Shown piece after piece: positions 27,583-40,883 of a stretch of 64,000 bases of DNA (its first letter is position 1; every line of letters begins with the position of its first letter). The notes under the pieces were generated by a model. It did no database searches. It was not told the DNA's origin and saw only the letters and a program-made list of their open reading frames with translations. This DNA comes from Eledone cirrhosa. Lineage: Eukaryota. The position numbers and the translations under genes were made by a program. The stretch is taken from NCBI GenBank assembly GCA_964016885.1, contig OZ024764.1:20460001-20524000 (forward strand). The letters are read 5' to 3'.

Positions 27583-28050
27583 TCATCATCATCATCATCA
27601 TCATCATCATTTAACGTCTACTTTCCACGCTGGCATGGGTTTAGACGGGAATTGTCCCACTTGAGGCAAGATTGGTCGGGTGACCATATCTCACTTGTAT
27701 AGGACTAGATGGCAGGTTTTCTATGGCTGGATATCCTTCCTAACACCAACCACGTTTACAGTGTGGACTGTGAGGTTTTACCATGTTACCTACACGGCCA
27801 CATTACAGCGTGGACTGTGTGTTTTTTTTGTCGTGACACCTACACGGCCTCATTTATTTAGGACTGGATGTTGTGGTACCAACAGAACTTTACAGAGAAA
27901 GGGTGGTGTTGATGGGTGTGTGGGATGGGGGTGTATATTTGGTTAAGAGGTGCCTACCGACAGTAGGTTTTGCTTTGTACATAGGCAAGGTGTGTCTTCT
28001 GTATTACTGAGTAGCGCCAAAGATCTCGGTTCAGTGACATTGTCTTAATG
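27583..28050 (-). mobile_element. RTE 3' UTR with (GAT)n tail
   Basis: (CAT)n TTAACGTC..TTCCACGCTGGCATGGG end motif. Confidence 0.7.
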
Positions 28051-28321
28051 TATATATATATACATATACACACAAATATGTGTCTGTGTGTTAAACTGTT
28101 CGTATACACGCATTATTCAACCTGCCCTTTGTTTTGAAGAAAAAGCCTTTAGTAAGTTGCAGTGGTAGTAGCATCCTGAACCTTTTCCATTCCATGTTCA
28201 CTCAGGCTGCTCTACTTTCAGAACACCCACCTCCACTGATGATATCATCACCCAGGTAGCAGAAGTTGTCTACCTCTTCTATGTGACCCTCCAACAGTTT
28301 GGTAGAGCTTGTTTCCTGTGA

Positions 28322-28438
28322 AGGTGTGTGGCTGAGTGGTTAGAGAATTGGATTCGCAATCGTGAGGTTGTGAGTTCAATTCACCGACCGGGTGATGCGT
28401 TATGTCCTTGAGCAAGACATTTTATTTCACATTGCTCC
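28322..28438 (+). mobile_element. tRNA-derived SINE head, inserted between RTE fragments
   Basis: A-box TGGCTGAGTGG, B-box GAGTTCAATTC, then TGTCCTTGAGCAAGAC. RTE-like sequence on both sides (28140-28320, 28535-28610). Confidence 0.75.
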
Positions 28439-29179
28439 TTCTACCTGGTGTTTCGACTGAAAGATAGTATTAGCAATTGGAAAGACCAATGGAAACATTG
28501 TTTTCTCGGTCCAATTTGACGAAAGTCAATCGTTGATTCCTGTGAATGTGTGCTGCTTACTGCTCCTGTGCAATGGCCACATGTAAAACCTATATTCTTA
28601 GCTAACCTAAGTGAAATCTGATATTGTATGGATTCATATAGACTCGTAACTCCTGGTCTAAACACGGCCGATTTCTCCCAGAGAAAGATAGAAAAGAAGT
28701 AAGAAAAAGATATAGAGGAACAATTGACTTCTACTAATAAAAAGATGGAAGTTAAACTGGTGTTGACATGTCACCAGGAGAGGAGATAATAGCTATGTTA
28801 GAGAGTCCTATCTGAATGAATTTTTCACTAAACTGCCATAGAGCAGACCTCTCTAGAGATAGAAGGATAACATTTATAGAGCATGCTGGAATACCACTGT
28901 TTGCATTGGAGAGAATTACTCTGGACAGGAAAGTTGATATCTACAGTTTACCACCATAGAAATATAAAATTTCCACTGTTAAATCTATCTCTGTTTCTTA
29001 ATTATTCTGTATTATCTCATACTGTTTCTTTCTTATTTCAGAATACCAGATGACATTGGGATAAATTATTATTTTCAATCTCGGATACGTCACCTATATT
29101 TATCATCATTTGAAGACTATTAACTGAAATCACAGTTGAGGGAGATATAGAAGATATATTTTTTAGGAATATAATGTAA

Positions 29180-30571
<1,392 letters not shown>

Positions 30572-31199
30572 TTGTATCAATATCAAACTCATTACATCAT
30601 ACTACAACAACAATTGTGTAGATCCATCATCCTTGCTAAAACTGGGGTCAACCTTGTAGGTTTTACCTAGGACAGGGATCATAAAACCAGTTTTCCATTT
30701 TTGAAGCAGTGTTTGAAGATTTTGTGTAAATTAAAGTTTTTCTCTTTAAACTTTCATTTATTATACTTTAACAGGTAAGATATATATTTGTATTTTTAGT
30801 AAAGGTTGGGAACTTCTGTAATTTAAACCTGCCAATAAAATGAAAACTTTTGTTGTTAGTCAGACATTGATATTAATTCTATTGTCCTGTACATTGTCTC
30901 ACATATCACAGATTAAACAGATTTTAACAATATCAACAGAAATCAATAACTTGTAAGCCTAATATCTAGCTTCCATTTTAACTATTTGATATTGTTGTTC
31001 CCCTCCTGTCTCTTCAGGTCTTTTAGATTTCAACTTCTATCTACTGTACTATTCCATCACCAAGGCAACATTCATCTGGCTGGCAGCTTACATCAACTAC
31101 AGATCTCATCAGTGGTTCACAACAGGCTGTCTGACAGAAACTTCCAGAAATCTTCTATGTCAGAGCTATCAATATCCTCCTCCTTATCATATGTACCAC

Positions 31200-31632
31200 T
31201 TTCACAGTCCCTCTAGATCTTATATTTAACAGGGAGATCTTTTACTGTCCCTACTCTTTTCTCTAGATAGTTTTGTACCAATCTCACAGTCCCTATAGAT
31301 CTTATATTTAACAGGGAGATTCTTTACTGTCTCTACCCTTTTCTCTAGGTTGTCTTATACCTCTCTCACAGTCCCTATATATATCTTGTATTTAACAGGG
31401 AGATCTTTTACTATCCCTACCCTTTTCTCTAGATTCTCTTGTATCTCTTTCACAGTCCCTCTAGATCTTATATTTAACAGGGAGATCTTTTACTAGCCCT
31501 ACCCTTTTCTCTAGGTCGTCTTGTACCTCCCTCACAATCTCTGTAGATCTTATATTTAACAGGGAGATCTTTTACTCTCCAACCCTTCTATCTCCAGATA
31601 GTCTTGTATCTGTCAGTCCCTCTAGATCTTAC
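31200..31632 (+). repeat. Tandem repeat of about 82 bp, about 5 copies
   Basis: TCACAGTCCCTCTAGATCTTATATTTAACAGGGAGATCTTTTACT repeated. Confidence 0.9.
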
Positions 31633-31854
31633 ACCTAGTATCTAGTCTATGTTGAGTGGTACGTCCTTCTCCAGTAAAGGAGTTAATATTCCCAACCATC
31701 TGTCTATCCTGTTTTCTGATGAGAATGAAGTCTATCTAGTTTATCTCTTCACCTGATTGAAGTAACTAGATCAAGTAACTAGATGTTTTCCTGTAAGTTA
31801 GTGTTGCAGTGTTTGTGTCACCATGTAAGGTTTATATCTATTAATATAGAGATG

Positions 31855-32210
31855 TAGTAAAGTTTTCACTGTTGTATCTCTATTTTCTAAATATCTTAAT
31901 AATGTTTCTCTACTATTTCAGAATATCACATGACCTTGTGGTGAATTATGCTGAAATATTTCTTCTGAATTGAGATAAATAACAAATTACTCCTTTTTCA
32001 CTGTCTGAAATATTTACAAGATGATTTTACATTCTGATTAAACTTTGGATATTTACAAAGGAGTTTTCAAAATATTTGGATATTAACAAAGATGACATTT
32101 GGTAAAATTATGAACAATAGAAATATTTACATCAACATAGGAATATTTTCCAGAAGAGATGGGAAAATCATTATACCACTGTAATATTTGTGGTAAAGTA
32201 TTCTCTCTTC
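31855..32210 (+). pseudogene. Relic of a third ZNF paralogue: acceptor, 5' UTR and half a finger
   Basis: TATTTCAG|AATATCACATGAC acceptor context. CTGAAATATTTACAAGATGATTTT is shared with 11794-11817. [19 protein letters not shown] follows, then the similarity breaks off. Confidence 0.7.
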
Positions 32211-32345
32211 TTTATATGTAGAACATCTAAATAAACACTTTAACTAACTATTGTGCTATAAAATTGACAAACTTGAACAATGTTTAATAAATGTTACAGA
32301 TTTCTCCAAACTGTTGTTTACTAACTTTAATTTGAAGCTATATTA

Positions 32346-32678
32346 TCTATATACTACTAAAACTCTGTGATTGTGTCTTGTCTAATTTAATACAGCTAAA
32401 ACAGTGCATAATGGGGAAATACTTTGAAAGGAATAAAACAAGATTTGTATAAATTGGAGCACAGGTTCCCAAGATACGGAGTTTTCTGGGTACCTTCATG
32501 AATATAGGGAGAGAGCGAGACAGTGGTGGTGAGCGTTGGTGGTGGTGTTTAATAAAATGTGTGTGTGTGTATATATATATATACGTATGTGTATATTTTA
32601 ACTATTTAAAAATTATTTTTAAATGACTTAAAAGATAATTTTAAGGCAACGTCACCCAACAGGTCCCGGGTGGTCTAG
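32346..32678 (+). mobile_element. Non-autonomous Helitron-like element
   Basis: 5' TCTATATACTACTAAAA, 3' CACCC...GGGTG hairpin then CTAG, inserted between A and T. Confidence 0.75.
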
Positions 32679-33084
32679 TTTGTTACTAAATACTAGATAT
32701 TAGAGGGTCATGTTGTTCTAGATGTGCTGGAGGAGCCATTCCATCTTGTGAGGTTCACACCAGCAGCTAGCCACCTCAGCACCTATGGTGGTATATTTAT
32801 TATATTATTTATTCTTTATCATTAACATTAATATAAAAGATAATTATATATTTTTAGAGAAGAACCTCTAACTTCATATAGCTTAGGGCTTCAGTAGGTA
32901 AAAGTCTGGCCCCGCTTGTCTTGTATTTTTTAGGGGAGAAGTTAGGGAATACAGTTATTGTGTGAAAGTTTTCTAAATCTTCTTCAGCCACTAACATGGA
33001 GAAGATATTTCAGTAAGAAGGTTCACATCCTGACATCTATAGCTGTTAACAAGGAGATTGGAATTCATTATAAAACAAATGTTA

Positions 33085-33555
33085 TATCATCATCACTGTT
33101 TAACATCAGTTTTTCCGTGCTGGCATGGGTTAGACGAGTTATCCTGTTGTAAGCAATGCCAGGTCATGTGACCACGTGTTGCTCCTACAGAACCAATTTT
33201 GGTTTGGTTTCTACAGCTGGATGCCCTTCCTAGCACCAACCTTATTTACATTAAGTACTGGGTGCTTTTTACTATCTCACCAACTCGACCACTTCACAGT
33301 GTGGGCTGGGTACTTTTTTACTTTTTGTCATGACACCTACATGACCACTTTACAGTGTGGACTGGGTACTTTTTATCGTGACACCTACAGTACCACTTTA
33401 CAGGGTGGACTGGGTACTTTTTGCCATGACACCTATGTGACCACTTTACAATGTGGAATGGGTACTTTTTGTTGTGACACCTACATGACCACTTTACAGT
33501 GTGGATTGGGTACTTTTTGTCATGACACCTACACAACCTCTTTACAGTGTTGGCA
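33085..33555 (-). mobile_element. RTE 3' UTR with an expanded 48-bp tandem repeat, about 6 copies
   Basis: CATCATCACTGTTTAACATC..GGCATGGGTTAGAC end motif. CACTTTACAGTGTGGACTGGGTACTTTTTGTCATGACACCTACATGAC-like units at 48-bp spacing. Confidence 0.8.
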
Positions 33556-33642
33556 GTGAAATCTAATGCACCAGCTTCAGTAATCAGAAGATACATAATA
33601 TACATATATACACACACACACACAAACACAAATATATATATT

Positions 33643-33840
33643 CAGTGGTACCTTGACTTACAAGTGTCCCAACTAATAAGTTTTTCGAGATACGAGCCCT
33701 CTCTCGGCTGATTTTTTGCGTTGAGTTCCAGAGTAAAATTCGGGTTACGAGTCGGCTTCAGATGCCCTGCCACTAGTTGGCATAGTGACCGCCACAGGCA
33801 ATACCATAACACCCGCCCAGCATCCCATGTCTCACGTCAG
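33643..33840 (+). mobile_element. Tigger/pogo-like DNA transposon end fragment
   Basis: CAGTGGTACCTTGACTTACAAG terminus. The partner TIR was not found. Confidence 0.45.
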
Positions 33841-34049
33841 AAATGAAATTTATTTTCATTTTCGATTCATTAAAAACTATTGTTTATCTGAATACAAAAA
33901 CTGGTTGGACGACTACGGGCTGGCACTACGTTAGTTGATGTTTTGGATGTAAATGACATCGTTAATGAGAATATTACACTTGTTACTCTTATACCTGTCA
34001 TACACGGTGACAATCTATGTTACAGTGGCTGGTAAGACGGCAGTGACAG

Positions 34050-34500
34050 TGTCAATTGTCCTGTTTCTAATGAAACCTGCACATTAAACCATTATTCTGA
34101 GACTCACAAGAAATGGAGATGGCGATGTCACCCCGACAATGTCTCCCAAGCAGTGCGACATAATTGTTTTTTTCAAGGAAGCCATGTGCCACTCGATCAC
34201 CTTATTTTTATTTTATACATGTGGTGCTACAATTATACACAAGCTGAGATGATTCGAGAAACGGGAGTCTCCCAACCGACAATTATTGACTGGTGCAATT
34301 TTATTCGAGAAATTTGCGAGCAATATTTGGAGGAAAATCGCCAACAACTTGGAGGCTTCGATGACAATGGTGAGTCCATCATTGTCGAGATCGACGAGAG
34401 CCAACATGGTACCAGAGCTGCTTTATTTCAATCTTATATTGCAGTCTTTGGCGACAGAGAGTTGGTGCCAACAAGTTTGGTGAGATGATAAACTGCATTG
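34050..34500 (+). mobile_element. Merlin (IS1595/ISXO2-like) transposase fragment, internally deleted
   Basis: CP..WRWRC..SVRHNCFFQGSH..LYMW..TIIDWCNFIREIC..LGG..IVEIDES. Confidence 0.8.
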
Positions 34501-34649
34501 GAGCAATTGATATGGTGTTTCATTACTGGAAATATAAAATGTTATGGTAATTATCTATATTTTACCTCACACCTTAGGGGTTAACTACACAGGGGTTAAC
34601 TAACTATAAATTGAGGCAAGCCAACACACTGGCAGCAATACCACGGGTG

Positions 34650-35046
34650 ATGGTGAGGCTAAGGTGATTAAATAACCAGGTATCCACACGGGTATCACCT
34701 GACACCTCAGTATCGTGAGGCTAAGGTGCTGAAATAACCAGGTACCCACACGGGTATCACCTGACAACTCAGTAAGGTGAGGCTAAGGAGCTGAAATAAC
34801 CAGGTACCCTCACGGGTATCAGCTGAGGCTAAGGTGCTGAAATAACCAGGTACCCACACGGGTATCACCTGACAACTCAGTAAGGTGAGGCTAAGGAGCT
34901 GAAATAACCATGTACCCTCACGGGTATCACCTGACACGTCAGTAAGGTGAGGCTAAGGTGCTGAAATAACCAGGTACCCTCACGGGTATCACCTGACACG
35001 TCAGTAAGGTGAGTCTAAGGGGCTGAAATAACCAGGTACTCTCACG
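34650..35046 (+). repeat. Tandem repeat of about 62 bp, about 7 units including a short one
   Basis: GTGAGGCTAAGG(T/A)GCTGAAATAACCAGGTACCC(A/T)CACGGGTATCACCTGACA repeated. Confidence 0.92.
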
Positions 35047-35051
35047 GAATT

Positions 35052-35361
35052 GACTAGATTTGTAGAAAAAGTAGGGTGAAAGTATACGAAGAGATGTAGT
35101 TTCACAGATCTACTCACACCTCACGTTGGGTGGGAAATATTTTTCTTAGATTTTTTTCTAGACCATTTTTCAATATTTTCACTGAACCCCTTAGATACTT
35201 GCAATAGACGTTTTATTCACCAGTATTAGGGATGCAAACATCTAAGAGGTCGAGAAATAAAAATAGGGAAAGATAATTATTTCCCAGCCAACAGGAGAAG
35301 TGTGTAGCTCTTCTAAACTCCGATAATCCTGTCTCCCACTTCTTTATCTACAAATCTAGTC
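35052..35361. mobile_element. MITE-like element with long imperfect TIRs
   Basis: GACTAGATTTGTAGA / TCTACAAATCTAGTC, with inner GTTGGGTGGGAAATA / TATTTCCCAGCCAAC. Confidence 0.65.
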
Positions 35362-35479
35362 GTTTCCTGCTACTTTGAAGGCCCTATTTATTGATAACAC
35401 CACTTGTAAATCTTTGTCAACTTTTCATACGTAAATTGTGAATCAGTTATTTTTAAACAAACTATCAAAGAATTGATCT

Positions 35480-35715
35480 CACAGTAACTGTGTTTGATTT
35501 AATCAACTTATTCCCCCCCAAACATTGTCGACCTTGTGTCTAAATCAGAAACTATTATAAGATCTTAAATCAACCTCGTAAAGATGAAGGGCAAAGCTAA
35601 CCTCGGCGGGATTTCAACCCTTTATGTTATGAGTTCAAATCCCACCAAAGTTAACTTTGTCTTTCATTCTAACGGGGTGGATAAATTAAAGTTCCAGTAA
35701 TCTACTGGGGTCTGA
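35480..35715. mobile_element. Nin/Deu-type SINE fragments in both orientations
   Basis: GATGAAGGGCAAAGCTAACCTCGGCGGGATTT (minus) and GAGTTCAAATCCCACC..CTTTCATTCTAACGGGGTGGATAAATTAAAG (plus). Confidence 0.6.
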
Positions 35716-35915
35716 GATATTAACGTTTGAGTAGATTCTATCTTTTTGTGTGTTTGTATTTATAATCTTACTAGAACACCTGTGACCTGTTGGGTCACGT
35801 TCCCTTTAAAAATAATTTTTAAATAATTAAAATATACACAGACATGTATATAATGTAAAATGAAATTATTAGGCCCATATATATATAATTATATATATGC
35901 GTGTGTGTGTATATA

Positions 35916-36764
35916 CAGGGTGTGAACGATATTTGTTCGCAATTTTCAACTGCTAAATTTATGCAAATTTTTTTTACTTCCGTTGTCACTCTTGTCTTCA
36001 TAAAAACAGCGACTATATTTCCATTATTTATTTTCCGAATAATTGATTATGAATAATTTTGAACCTCCAAATTTGTGGAAGAGACAGAGTTCCTCTTGGA
36101 ATCCGCGCCTGGAGGACAAATAAGGACCAGAAGATCAACTCCCAGAACAACAGGTGGCTTGCTGTCTCATCCAAAGACCTGCCCAGAGTCATGCAGACAA
36201 AGTTTCCAGCGACAACATTGGTCTTTGGTGTCATCAGTAGTCAAGGTGACGTCAAGCCACCCCACTTCTTCCCTGAGGACCTCAAGCTGAACACCGATGG
36301 CTACATCCACGTTCTGAGCGAGGTAGTAAAGCCCTGGATCGACCAGGTAGCTGCAGGTAGGCTGTACGTGTGGCAGCAAGACCCAAGCCTGGCTGTCAGA
36401 GAACTTCGTCGACCACACTTCACCTGACATCTGGCCTCCCAGCTCGCCTGACTGCAACCCCCTCGACTTCTTTGTGTGGGGCGCAGTGGAATGAGACACC
36501 AACAGATGTAGCTGCAATACGAAAGACGATCTGAAGGCCAGGATCACGAGTGCCTTTAGAGGCCTAAGTCGGGGGACAGTGACGAAGGCCTGTAGCTGGT
36601 TCCGAGGCCGTCATCAAAGCCAATGGCGGGTTTATGGAGTGAGATCAAAAGAACAAGTCATGAAGACAAACTGACACAAGTTTGATAAATATATCTTAAA
36701 AAATAAAACTAGTCTTATTTTTTCCTAGACAGTAATCTTGCGAACAAATATCGTCCGCACCCTG
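35916..36764 (+). mobile_element. Internally deleted Tc1/mariner (maT/DD37D-like) transposon
   Basis: TIRs CAGGGTGTGAACGATATTTGTTCGCAA / TTGCGAACAAATATCGTCCGCACCCTG, flanked by TA. QNNRW..KFPA..VFGVIS..YVWQQD..WPPSSPDCNPLDFFVW. Confidence 0.92.
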
Positions 36765-36890
36765 TATATGTGTGTGTGTGTCTGTGGCCTTAATACCCTA
36801 GTCACAGACACACTCATACACACGCACACACACACACAAGTAATAATTTCGTTCAACAACACCACCAGCTCTCTCTCTATATATATATAT

Positions 36891-38280
36891 ATCATCATCA
36901 TCATCACCGTTTTACGTCCCTTCTTCCATGCTAGCATGGGTCGGACAGGTTGTCCTGTTTTGGGCAGTGTCCGGTCAGCTGACCTTGTCTTGCTCATATG
37001 GGAACTGATTCTGGCTTGATTTCTACAGCTGGATGCCCTTCCTAACACCAACCTCATTTACAGTGAGTGCTGGGTGCTTTTTTTCCTTGGTGCCTACATG
37101 TCCACTGTACAGTGTGGGCTGGGTGCTTTTTTGCCGTGGCACCTCCACGAGGGCGTGGGGGCATATTGTCTATATGCTTCAGCTTCAGCTTGTACCCGTG
37201 GGGTGGTCGGGTCTTCTGTATTACTGCATGACGCCAGAGGTCACGGTCGTGTGTCATCACCTTTGAGAGGTGTAATTGGGTAAGGTCGGCTTTTATCACT
37301 TCATCCCAGGTCTTCTTGGGTCTCCCCACTCCCCGGCTTCCACCGACTTCTAGTGCTCTGCACCTTTTTATGCAGCTGTCATCCTTCATACGCATCACAT
37401 GTCCATACCAACACAACCGCCTCTCCTGCACATAGCATTTGATTCCTCTTATGCTCAGTCTCTCTCTCAATTCGTTTATGCTTTGCCGTTCACGTATATT
37501 ACTATTACACATCCAACAGAGCATGCAGGCTTCATTTCTTTCTAATCTATGCAAGTCTTCCACCTTCAGCACCCAGGTCTCACTACCATGTAACATTGCT
37601 GTTTGTATGCACGCATCATACAGTCATGAACTTCTTCCATCCCATTCTTACCCTAGTCATTGTACTTTCCGAACACCCACCACCGCTCCTAATTCGGTCA
37701 CCTAGGTAACAGAAGCTGTCTACTGTTTCTACAGAGCCCTCCCAGAGATTGGTGGTACTTATTTCCTGTGGCTGTTTGCTGCTTGCTGTCCCAGCACAAC
37801 TGCTACATGTGAAGCATGCTACATTCTTAATTAAGCTTCCTGAGATCCCGCTACATCTCTTGTGTACCCATTGTTTGTATTTGGGGCAGAGGACGGAGTT
37901 CCTACCTACACCTTTCCCACATACTAAGCAAGGCCATTTCCCTGAGGGGATCTGGGTTCGGCTTTCTCGTCTACTTACAAAGACCTTAGTCTTTGTCAGG
38001 TTGACTTTGAGACCCTTTCTTTCTAGTCCCTGCTTCCAAGTTTGGAATTTCTTCTCTAGTTCTACCATAGAGTCAGCTATAAGTGCGAGGTCATCAGCAT
38101 ACAGGAGTTCCCATGGGCATCCGGTCTTAAACTCCTCCGTTATTGCCTGCAGAACTATGATGAACAGGAGAGGGCTAAGAACAGAGCCCTGGTGGACACT
38201 GACCCGCATGCTAATTTCCTCTCTCTAGTCATTGCTAATGCTAACTCTGCTGACTGCTCCCCTATACATGGTTGGTACAG
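36891..38280 (-). mobile_element. 5'-truncated RTE LINE (RT C-terminal half to (GAT)n tail)
   Basis: VHQGSVLSPLLF, ELLYADDL, PHD-like insert, SFCYLGD, MLHGSETW, WYGHVMRM, GRPKKTW. Confidence 0.92.
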
Positions 38281-38519
38281 CTTTCACATTTCGGGGTCAA
38301 CTTCCTTTCAAACTATTTTCCCATTATGCCCCGTTTTGGCTGTATTACATTACAGACAAGACACAATCACAGAGTTTTAGGTTTATAATGTTATAGTATC
38401 ATGATAGGGAAATACAGTTATTTATAGACCTGTGGTAAATGTTGGTTCAATCCACCCTAGGGGGGTGTTAGTGTTTGTTCAGTCTACCCTGAGGGGTGTC
38501 AGTGTTGGTCAATGATAAC

Positions 38520-40670
38520 CTTTATAACTAGAGGCCTGTTGGTGAGGACAAGCTGGAAGTGGTGACATCTTTCTGCTACCTGTGTGACATGTCAGCTGGA
38601 AGTGGAGCCAAGTTCACTGCCATCGTGCTGTGCCACTCCACAGATAACAAGTTTAGGCAGCTTCTCCTAATCCTCAAGACATGCTGGCTACCATTAGACA
38701 CCATGGGGCAGGTTTATAACACCTGTGGGAGAAGTGTGTTGTTTCATGCCAGCGAGACCTGGGCCATGCTATCTGACTGTCTGAATTGACTCTGAAGAAA
38801 TGACAGAGCTATGATCCACTGGATGTGTAGTGTGACCATTGAGGATGATGTCAGCTCAACTGAGCTCCTAAAAAAACTGCTGATCGACAACATCAAGGAT
38901 GTGTTTCACAGGAGACACATGCACTGGTATGGCCATGTTGTGCATTCTCTCTCAACTCATCTATGCTTGGTCGTTGATGCACATTGACATTGCCCATCCA
39001 ACGGAGCATACTTGCTTCATTTCTCTCCAGTCGTTGCATATCCTCCGCAGTGGCTGTCCATGTCTCACTACCGTGCAGCATCACACATCTCACGCAGGCA
39101 TCACCAGCCATTCGTTCTTAGGGAGAAACGCTTCTTTGTCAACAGAGGAAGCAGCTCCCTAAACTTCTTCCAACCCGTCCTTATTCTAGATACTATGGTC
39201 TCACAGCACCCTCACCCCTTGTGCTAATCTGATCACCTAGGTATCAAAAGCTATCAAGCACCTCTGTAGATCCTACCTGCATTTGAAAAATGTGTCTATC
39301 ACTGCAACTTCTACTGTCAAATTTCCCTGTACATCTACTGCATATGTAGCTTTCCCTACCTGTTAGTTTGCCTGCTATCCCACTACATTTCTTGTGTACC
39401 CAAAATCTGCATTGTGTACATTATAGAATTTATGCCAGTTCCTTTTCTACATATTAAACAAGGCCATTTCCCTGATGGAATGACAGTTTTGTCCTCTTTT
39501 CTACTTATCAACACTTTAGTCTTAGCTAGGTTCACTCTCAGTCCTCTTGATTCCAACTGCCTTGCAATGTGGAACACCGCACATCTCTGATCTCCCCATC
39601 GCAGGACATTGGCAAACCTTCTACTCTCAGCCTCCCTGCATGTTAAGTAGACTTGACATCTAGCTTCTCTCTTAGCGGCTGTGTATCGGTCTCTACCCCT
39701 ACCATTTTTCCAAGTCTTTTGTCTCTAATGGCTCTATCTACCGTGCTGTTCCACCACCAGATCACTCTCTGTCTGGTTGGAGCTCTGCTCCAGCCACAAG
39801 TTTCTTCAGTAACCTGCAGTAAGTTGTCACGTAAGAAATTCCAGTTATCATCCATGTCATAGGACTCTAAATCATCTTCCTTTTCGTCATACACATCTTG
39901 AAGGGCTTTCCTAAATTCATATTTTAGTGAAAGGTCTTTTAGTTTCCAGACCTTCCTTTTTCACACTTTCTTGTATGTCTCATTTTGTCTCTTGCTTACT
40001 GAGATGTCACTAACGACTAACCTATGTTGGGGGGTTACATTGTTCCCTGGGGTATGCCTTAGTATTTGACACCATCTGACTCTCTTGCTGCCGAACGAGC
40101 AAGAAGTAAATCTGTCTCATGTGCACACCTGATTGGTAGGTTATTAGGTGGTTGGTAGGTTTCTTTAAGTATTGCAAATGCTTAGTTCACTTGCATCACA
40201 AAATACAAGAAGCCTCACTCCTTCTTCATTTCTTGAGCCATAACCATGACCACCATGTACCACAGTGTATCCATCCTGGAGCTGTCCAACATGACCATTG
40301 AAGTCCCCTGCTATTATAACTAGGTTTCTGTCCTTGTGGTTAACTCTACTTATTCCTTTTCTACATATGGAGCAGGGTCACTTTCCTGAAGGTGTCAGCG
40401 CCTTCTCTCCTATCCATTACCACTTTAGTTTTGGCTAAGTATATTCTCAGAACTTACCATTTCAAATTCTATATCTATAGTTGGTCATCTACATAGAGAA
40501 GTTTCCATAGACAGCCAGTCTTAAACCTCTCTGTTATGGCTTGGAGAACTATGATGAACAACAGTGGGCTGAGAACTAAACCATGATGAACTCCTACCTG
40601 TACCTTCAATTCCTCACTAAACACACTTTACTGACAGCTTCTCACAAGCCATTCTTCTACATCTAATTTC
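38520..40670. mobile_element. Mosaic of degraded RTE fragments: plus strand 38520-38940, minus strand beyond, including endonuclease
   Basis: SFCYLCDM, HASETW, MLHGSETW, GDFNGHVG..HGGHGYGSRNEEG.RLL.FC. Confidence 0.8.
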
Positions 40671-40675
40671 TATAA

Positions 40676-40883
40676 CCCTTTAGTATATAAACTGGCCATA
40701 TCTGGCCAGAATTCTCCCACATCTTTCTGTTCAAATTGGCTGTAACTGGACACTTATACTTATGTTAAGGTATTGTTCTCAAAATAAGTAACATCAAAAT
40801 CTCATAGATTTGATATTATGAGAGATAAAGCATTTACTGTGAAAATATAATAGTAAATATAGAGTAATGTGAATACTAAAGGG
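40676..40883. mobile_element. piggyBac-like MITE, 208 bp
   Basis: ATAA|CCCTTTAGTAT...ATACTAAAGGG|TTAA. The same left end occurs near 26483 (TTAACCCTTTAGCATTTAAACTGGCCATATC). Confidence 0.75.

Larger units (their letters stand above)
35771..38385 (-). mobile_element. Second Helitron-like copy, broken by nested mariner and RTE insertions
   Basis: 35771-35840, about 36830-36880 and 38300-38380 are diverged reverse complements of the 3', middle and 5' parts of 32346-32678. Confidence 0.7.

Noticed and set aside
28322-28400. Possible tRNA gene
   Set aside because: A and B boxes are present, but there is no convincing acceptor stem and the sequence continues into a SINE body.
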